This document shows, in pieces, positions 56,769 to 64,000 of a DNA stretch of 64,000 nt (its first letter is position 1; every line of letters starts with the position of its first letter). The stretch lies in NCBI RefSeq assembly GCF_009914755.1, contig NC_060934.1, one strand, 5' to 3'. The translations under genes were made by a program, and so were the position numbers. The notes beneath the pieces were generated by a model that saw only the letters and a list, made by a program, of their open reading frames with translations, was not told where the DNA came from and made no database searches. This DNA is from the human T2T-CHM13v2.0 reference genome, Homo sapiens.

Positions 56769-57071
56769 TCAGTCTCTACAATCTGTTTTCTTGCCAATGA
56801 GCTGGGATTTCTCCTTCACCTGTGAATGCAGTGTTTCTGCAAGCTGCCTTTCACCTCTTACACAGAGTTGGTTCCTAACAGACAAAGTCAATAAAAGTAA
56901 GAGACCCAGCAGTAAGCCCATGAAGTGTGGACACACCACTGTCTTCCCATCGAGGCTGTGGAAAGTGACTTGAGGACTCGCGTCATGGGGTGGCAGCCCC
57001 ACCATCTCCTCATCCAGCTTCCCTGGAGTCAGCTCAGGGTCCAGCTCCACAGAAGATCGCAGCCCCTCCAT
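56769..57071 (-). CDS. Candidate 100-aa single-pass membrane microprotein (MEGLRSSVELDPEL...KKTDCRD)
   Basis: ATG in ggtgccATGG context at the position homologous to the cTAGE5 start; hydrophobic stretch VVCPHFMGLLLGLLLLLTLSV; TGA at 56769-56771. Translation unproven. Confidence 0.4.
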   Translation of the reverse strand: MEGLRSSVELDPELTPGKLDEEMVGLPPHDASPQVTFHSLDGKTVVCPHFMGLLLGLLLLLTLSVRNQLCVRGERQLAETLHSQVKEKSQLIGKKTDCRD

Positions 57072-59197
57072 GGCACCACAGCCACCACAGGGCTCCGCCC
57101 AGTAACCGTGGATCCCACAGCCACAACAGACACCAGAGAACACCCTGACATTCCGCCTGGCATCCAACCAGCAGCGGGCACCCTGAACTGGTCAACTGTA
57201 TGATCAGCTAGAGGGAGAAATTTGTAAATAAAGTATACATTTCTCTATTATTGTTTAACAGTAATACTTTTCTGTTTTCTTATTCTTTTATATTAACAAA
57301 AACTTAAAATATAGTGAAGTGTGCAGATGTTAACTGCATGATTTCAGAAATTTTAAAATTTTATATTTCTTTCAGTAGCCAGCAGCCCTCTCAATGTATG
57401 GCTCATGTCCATTAACACAGAAAATCTGTCCTGTAACTTTTCAAATAACATCGTCCACCCCTCCACACGCAGCCCCTGTTTTGATTCCTATTAACATACA
57501 TCAGTTTGGCCAGTTCTTCAACTTCGTAACAGAGAGATCACAATGTACACTTTCATGTCTGCCTTCTTTGCTGGAAGGTGCCTCCCTATTCCACAGACTT
57601 TGGATCAGTGGGTGTGGGGGAATCCAAGGCAGACCATGAAATGAGGCAAACTGATCTATGAGTGAGTTCTTTTGATGGCCTCAGATTAGACATCCAGGTA
57701 TAAAAGTCCATAGCTCAGAACATGGTTTTCTCTGTAATATAATGGGGAAACTTTTATCTTAGTATATTTATTCTTTAATTTGGTGATTCATAAAGCTGAT
57801 GGTTTTTTATAGAAAAGGCTTAAATGGTTTTAGTTTCCCATTCAATTCTCTGAATAAATTGACTTTCATTTACTTGCTATTATCAGTTCTCAAGCTATAT
57901 ATCATTATATCATCTAGTCATTTTAGACTAAAACTTTAGTAATTCATATTCATCAGGAATGGGATGTTTCAATTCTAAATTTTCATTCAACATACTCAGT
58001 TTCGCTTGTTTTATGTTCATAAAACAATGCATAAATACTAAAGGTAACTTTTCATAGTGTAGGTAATTTTAAAATATATATGTAAATACATAACCAGTTT
58101 TAAATTCTTCAGTAAGAAATGAGGATTTTTTTTAACTCAAAACTTGTGTTAGAGAATTTAATCTCACATTCCTACAAAATATCTAACATTCTTACAGTAT
58201 TTTCTAAAGACCTCCTCGTCCCAGTTATAATTTTACAAATTTCAAATGAAAGATATCAGCACTTAAGCATATGCTCATGCTTAACAAATTTCAAATTAGA
58301 AGACAGTTAACAAATTTCAAATTAAAGGACAGTGACGAGGCTGTCATCATGCTTAAGAAAATTGAAGTGATGAAGATGGTGATTTGATGATCCTGATTCT
58401 TTGTATATAAAAATATTATTTCCAAGAACTAGGCAAGCATAAGTGCATTTGCGTCCATTCATTCTTTCTCCATATATGATTCATTTAAAATATCCCTTCC
58501 CCTCTCATTGACAATGGAAATATATACCCAACTCATTTAGTTAGAATGAAAATTTTGGAGTTTTTGAACCTCACCAAGCCCTTATTTCTGTGCTTGGGTT
58601 TTCATTTCTTCCCCACCAAACTATGTCATAGACACTTGCTATGAAGAGATAAATGTGAACACATTAAGTTTTCTTGTTACCAAGCCACAGAGACTAGGAT
58701 GATAAAAAGAAAGTGAAACCTGTTTAGCAAGAAAGGCTTTGCTCTATTTTATTATTGGGTTAATCAGGAAAACAGGTTCTGATGCAGGACTGTTTGGATT
58801 TCCCAGTAACTGTAGCTCAGTATTTGTGATGAAGCTACTCTGAGGTTTTCTTACTACTGTACTTTGAAATAATAAGAAGTGCATGTTTATCTTGTAATAA
58901 AAATGTATATGGACAGCAAGGGAACTAGGACAGCTAATGCAATTTTGAAAAACAAGAATGCCAACTCTAACACTTACTGCATACCTAATAAATTCCATAT
59001 GGTATTGGCAAAGGGATAGACTTATTAATCAATGGGACAGAACAGTCTCAAACAAATATGCTCAACTGATTTTTGAAAACGTGCAAAAGCAATTCATGAG
59101 AGGAAAGCCAGCCTCTCCATCAAATGGTGATTGGGCAACTGGACATCCATAGGCAAAATAAACAAAAGCTAAAAAACCAAACCTTGACCTGAACACC

Positions 59198-59472
59198 TGT
59201 CTTAGGCCATTCAGGCTGCTATAACAAAATGCCATGAAGTGGGTGGCCTGTAAACAACAGAAATGTATTTCTCACAGTCCTGGAGGCTGAGAAGTCCAAG
59301 ATCAAGGCACTGGCACATTGGGTGCCTGCCGAGGACCCATTTCCAGGTTCACAGACGCTGTGACCCTCTGTTTCCTTGCTGTGTCCTCAGATGGTGGAAG
59401 GGACAAACAAGCTCCCTCAGTCCTCTTTAATAAGGGCATTAATCCCATTCCTGAGGGCTCTGCCATCACCCA
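59198..59472 (-). mobile_element. MLT1A0-like MaLR LTR (partial)
   Basis: tgtcttaggccattcaggctgctataacaaaatgccat...tttctcacagtcctggaggctgagaagtccaagatcaagg. Confidence 0.88.
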
Positions 59473-59475
59473 AAA

Positions 59476-61073
59476 TGTGTTCCATATCCAATGAGCAGCT
59501 GCCTGGCCTGCAGGACAATCTGTGGTTAACGAGCCCCAGGACAGGACACCTCCTCAACCTGGCTTCCAGCCCTCACCGGATGGGGACAAGATTTAAGAAA
59601 AAAAAAAGCACAATAATAGATAAAGCCCGGGACAAACTAGAAAACTTCAGGAGTTTATCTGTGGTACTGGAATTTCAAGGAGTTGAGGACATCATTACAT
59701 CTTTCAATTAAACTAGTTACTTGGGACCTATCAGGGACATGAAAGTTCTATTCAATGTCTTTTTCAAGAGCCAAGGGTGGTGTATTCTAAGAAGTAAAAC
59801 ACATGCCTTGGGTGTTATTAGTAAAATCTGTTAACTCTGAAGGGAACAAGGAATGTCCTAGCAAGGCGCTACATTTTGACCTTAGTCTGTGTGGAGATAA
59901 GTGATTTTAATACTTTGGGTGTCTGTGATGCAAGAGATTCCTAGAGGGTTTGTTTGATGTGAAGGGGACAGTTTTCAGATTTACAATAAATATGAAGATG
60001 AAGCCAGTTGTTGACCAGGACATCCCGTGCTGACTGCCTTAAGTTTTGGCCAGCGGTGGTTTTGGGGTCCTGTCCTTTTTTAGGGATATCCTGGCTAAGG
60101 GATGGAAAGCAACAGCTTTCCGTAAGCTTCACCAGGGATGATTAGCAGTGACGTTTGCATGGTCTACGACTCCCATTACTGTTCACTCCATTAACCCCAA
60201 GGGGATTCCCAGGCAGTCAGGGAGTGTGGGGGACGAATGAGCTCCTGGCATTTGGCAAGGGACTTGGGCCAGAGAAAGCTGCCCACTCCGACAGGTGGAA
60301 GTATCAGGGGCCCAGGTTTTAATCCATCCTGCCTTAAGGAGGCCTAGGTAGCTGTGCCAACCTTGTAAGCTGCAGTTTCCATGACGCAAAGCATAAGGGG
60401 CAGCTGGGTCTGGAGGGTAACAGGCTCAAGGACTCTCAAAGTCTCCCATTTCCAAGACAGCCCAGTAGGCAGCGATCCTTTGTTGTTTTAATGGTGGATA
60501 CCAGGAGACCAAGGGGGTAATATCTTATATCAGCAGCTCTGGGCAACTAATGGCCATCCTAAATGGTCCAAAGCCTCCAGGAGGCATTGCAAAAGGCTGC
60601 CAAAGCTTCTCCAGGGGAGTTTTTTGACGCCATTCACAGGAGTGTCTAATGACTTTAAAGTAAAATTTGTAAATGAGGAATACATTTCCACCAGTACTCA
60701 AAAGTACTAAAGTACTTTAAAGTATTACATGAATCTCCTGGAGGAGGACATCCTCCCCCCGCTCCTGGAGAAGGGGGATGTTGCTAAGATCTTGTCCGCA
60801 AAGGTCATGTGCAATAACAGAGCCAGGGAGACCTCCTAGGCTGTCTGGAAGGCTGCACTGGGTCCCTGCAGAAGGGGAGGTAAACTGAAGCTGAGAGGCA
60901 ATGGAAATAGGCACTAAACAGAACCCTCAGCCAAACCCTTAAGAGCAAACGATTTACCAGGTAACTGAATAAAATTAGCAATTTAAATGAATTAGGTATT
61001 GACTATGTCAGCCCTAATGGATGGGACCACAGCATTAAGGTTGTAGTAATCCATCATCATGAGGTGCCCTTTC

Positions 61074-61128
<55 letters not shown>

Positions 61129-62520
61129 ATTTATAAATTTTTTTTTTTTCAGATTTGGAAACACAGAAAAATTGGGCTGTTGAAAGCAGCAGTGAGGATA
61201 ATCACCTCTTTATTTATTTTATAAAATTAGTTTTAATCATTGAATGTCTTGTTTCAACTTATATTGGATCACATAAATTATCTTAACTGGAGGTTCACGG
61301 GGTTGCATTTTACCAAGTTTTTAAGTGCCAAAGACTTACTTTAATTGTTTATTGTGTCAGAGCTTCCATCTAGGCCCAATATAGTATATTTTACAGCAAC
61401 AGATACATGACTATGAGAAACTTGGGCAAGGCTACAGTTAAAGTGAGGCATACTCATTTTAAAAAATTTCATATGTAGTTATCTTCTCAAGCTTATGGGA
61501 GCAGTGGAATTTAGTGGAATCCCCAGGCTTGTAATTTGAGCGCCAGCTTATTAAGTTCATGAATTTTTTTCAATTAGTGCATATTAACCAATGTTAAAGT
61601 TAGAACCTATGTTGTAGAAGCATAAAAGCCTTTGTTACATAAATTCTTCAGTATATAAATATATGAAGTTTTAATTTCTAACTGGATTTGATTATGGAAA
61701 ATACCTAATATTTAATTATATATTTACATCAAAATATTATCTATAAACATATTATCTTTTACTTTCTCCTGTATCCAGAGGTTTGTTCATAAGTCAATAG
61801 GTGATCTGAGGCTAGCATTATGTTTGCTACACTGGCATTAGCTTAGTCCTTGAAGTTCCTCTTTTTTTCCCACTTTTGACTTGTAGCTAGCTGCCTAATG
61901 CGACAGTCTTTTTTTCTTTCCTATTTTTTTTTCCTATTTTTCTTTCATTTGTTTTAGGTTTTCAGCCCCCTGAAGCTGAAGTTTTCTTAGTCTCTGGTTG
62001 ATAAGAGCAACAGAGGGAGGCGGGAAGCGGGCACTCTCTAGTATGGCTGCTCCGCCCCAAGATAATCAGTCCCTTTTTTTCCTTTTAAGTAAAATCTTTA
62101 GAATAAATTGTAATTCTAGGTAACTAAAGAAAAAAACTTTTGTTCCCTTTCCTCTCTTTGGACGTTTTACCTGACAAGCCCCTGCTGGACCAAGTAGTGC
62201 CCTGTGGCTTTGTCCTTTCAGATTGTTACCTAAAAAAACTGGGGAGGGTACTGGCCTTGTGGGCAGCTGCTTCCCTTTCCAGGGTGTCCCACTTGACCTC
62301 TGAGGGTCAGAGAGAAGAGGAGCAGAAGGAATGTGGCAGCGAGGGAAGTGCCTACCTCAGCAGCACTGCCTCCTCCAGGGCACCATGAGGATTCACATGT
62401 GGAGTCAGGGCTGGGCAATTTGATCCTTTCACTGCTCCCAAGTCACCCCTACAGTGAAGCCCAGTAACACCCTCTCCAACCATAACTAAGGGGAAATCTT
62501 GACTCCCCTGGAGCCTGTTG
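59476..62520 (-). mobile_element. Decayed ERVL-class (class III) internal sequence with RT remnant
   Basis: 60740-61060 translates to MMDYYNLNAVVPSI...PISIASQLQF...GTQ...IAHDLCGQDL, similar to ERVL RT MTVDYRKLNQVVTPI...PVHKAHQKQFAF...GQQY...LCHNLVRRDL; outer boundaries are a guess. Confidence 0.6.
61078..61124. repeat. (TG)n microsatellite, about 23 units
   Basis: Perfect TG run. Confidence 0.98.
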
Positions 62521-62554
62521 CATATATCCAGTTTATTGGTTTTTGGTGTTGAGT

Positions 62555-63179
62555 CGTATTAAATTGTTTGAATATACAACAATTTGTGCATTCACTTGTC
62601 GATGGACATTGGGTTGTTTCCAATTATTGGCTATTATAAACAGACTTGCTAGGATCATTTGTGTAACAATTCTTTGTATGGACACTTGTTTTCACTTCAC
62701 TTGGGTAAATGCTCAAAAGTAGAATGGCTGACTCAAATGTTAAGTCGTATGTTTTAACTTTTTAAGAACTGCCAACTTGTTTTCCAAAGTGGTTGCACTA
62801 GTTCACATTCTCACTAACACTAAATCACAGTGCCAGTTGTTCCACATCCTTGGAAACCATTTAAATTACAGCCATTCTAGTGGGTGTCTAATGGCATCTC
62901 ATGATTTTGTCTTTCCATTTGCTTGTTTTTTTTGCCATTCATCTTCTCTGGTGGAACATCTGTTCAAATATTTTGTCCAGTTTAAATCTTCTAGGGGGGT
63001 CTTCTTATTCTTGAGACTCTAAGTGATCTTTATGTGTTCTAGATAAAAGTCCTTTATCAGACAATACGCTTTGCTAATATTTTCCCCACTATGTCTTGCC
63101 TTTTCATTTTCTTTTTTGCAATTAAAGCCACTTTGTTTCAGTGGCATTAATTACATTCACAATGTTATGTGACCATCTC
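62555..63179 (-). mobile_element. Old L1M fragments
   Basis: gatggacattgggttgtttccaattattggctattataaa...ctgccaacttgttttccaaagtggttgcac...gtcctttatcaga. Confidence 0.75.
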
Positions 63180-64000
63180 TGTAGGGAAAAGAAAGAGAGA
63201 TCAGACTGTCACTGTGTCTATGTAGAAAGGGAAGACATAAGAGACTCCATTTTGAAAAAGACCTGTACTTTAAACAGTTGCTTTGCTGAGATGTTGTTAA
63301 TTTGTAGCTTTGCCCCAGCCACTTTGCCCCAGCCACTTTGACCCAACCTGGAGCTCACAAAAACATGTGTTGTATGAAATCAAGGTTTAAGGGATCTAGG
63401 GCTGTGCAGGATGTGCCTTGTTAACAAGATGTTTACAAGCAGTATACTTGGTAAAAGTCATTGCCATTCTCTAGTCTCAATAAACCAGGGGCACAATGCA
63501 CTGCGGAAAGCTGCAGGGACCTCTGCCCTTGAAAGCAGGGTATTGTTCAAGGTTTCTCCCCATGTGATAGTCTGAAATATGGCCTCGTGGGATGAGAAAG
63601 ACCTGACTGTCCCCCAGCCTGACACCCGTAAAGGGTCTGTGCTGAGGTGGATTAGTAAAAGAGGAAAGCCTCTTGCAGTTGAGATAGAGGAAGGCCACTG
63701 TCTCCTGCTTGCCCCTAGGAACTGAATGTCTCAGTGTAAAACCCGATTGTACATTTGTTCAACTCTGAGACAGCAGAAAAGCTGCCCTGTGGCGGGAGGC
63801 GAGACATGTTTGCAGTAATGCTGCCTTGTTGTTCTTTACTCTGCTGAGATGTTTGGGTGGAGAGAAACATATATCTGGCCTATGTGCACGTCCAGGCATA
63901 GTACCTTCCCTTGAACTTAATTATGACATAGATTCTTTTGCTCACGTTTTTTGTTGACCTTCTCCTTATTATCACCCTGCTCTCCTACTACATTCCTTTT
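63180..64000 (+). mobile_element. HERV-K (HML-2) LTR, LTR5A-like, running off the right edge
   Basis: Start tgtagggaaaagaaagagagatcagactg; internal tcaaggtttaagggatctagggctgtgcagga and ctgaaatatggcctcgtgggatgagaaagacctgac. Confidence 0.92.

Larger units (their letters stand above)
55990..57207 (-). pseudogene. Intronless, strongly diverged cTAGE5/MIA2-like retrocopy (N-terminal TM + first coiled coil) with one frameshift
   Basis: Collinear similarity to recalled cTAGE5: VVC/VIC, SVRNQLCVRGERQLA/SVRSRLYVGREKKLA, KEKSQLIGK/EEKSKLLEK, ETEASLKD/EVESSLKD, KVNSTNEML/KLNRSNSEL, QELKEE/KELKEE; GC-rich island in AT-rich DNA; no introns. Confidence 0.8.

Noticed and set aside
57072-57167. 32-aa N-terminal extension of the retrocopy ORF given in the ORF track
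   Set aside because: It begins at TTG; the ATG at 57071 has the strong Kozak context and aligns with the cTAGE5 start.
56289-57203. + strand ORFs over the GC-rich island
   Set aside because: Antisense shadows of the retrocopy with no recognisable similarity.
57300-64000. ITGB1 3' exons expected downstream of CCDC7
   Set aside because: No integrin beta-1 coding sequence recognised; the gene presumably lies beyond the right edge.

Overview
Primate (most likely human) AT-rich, transposon-dense genomic DNA. The + strand carries the 3' part of the testis gene CCDC7 (former C10orf68 region). It has an 84-nt exon at 3542 and a tandem array of 84-nt phase-1 exons at 13672-16648 encoding a 28-aa repeat. 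Three further phase-1 exons (123, 126, 90 nt) follow, then the stop-codon exon at 45075 and a probable untranslated last exon near 51421. One array exon is 82 nt and frameshifts the product. On the - strand at about 56000-57207 lies a strongly diverged, intronless cTAGE5/MIA2-like retrocopy. It has a strong Kozak ATG, a 100-aa transmembrane ORF, a single frameshift into a still-open coiled-coil frame, an upstream splice acceptor and an AATAAA. Most of the rest is L1 (several with clear TSDs), Alu, DNA transposons, MaLR/ERV LTRs, a decayed ERVL-type pol and a HERV-K LTR5A-like LTR at the right edge. Gene identity and repeat subfamily names come from recalled sequences, not from a search. I see no evidence of a wholly new biological system; the best leads are the retrocopy and the modular exon array.
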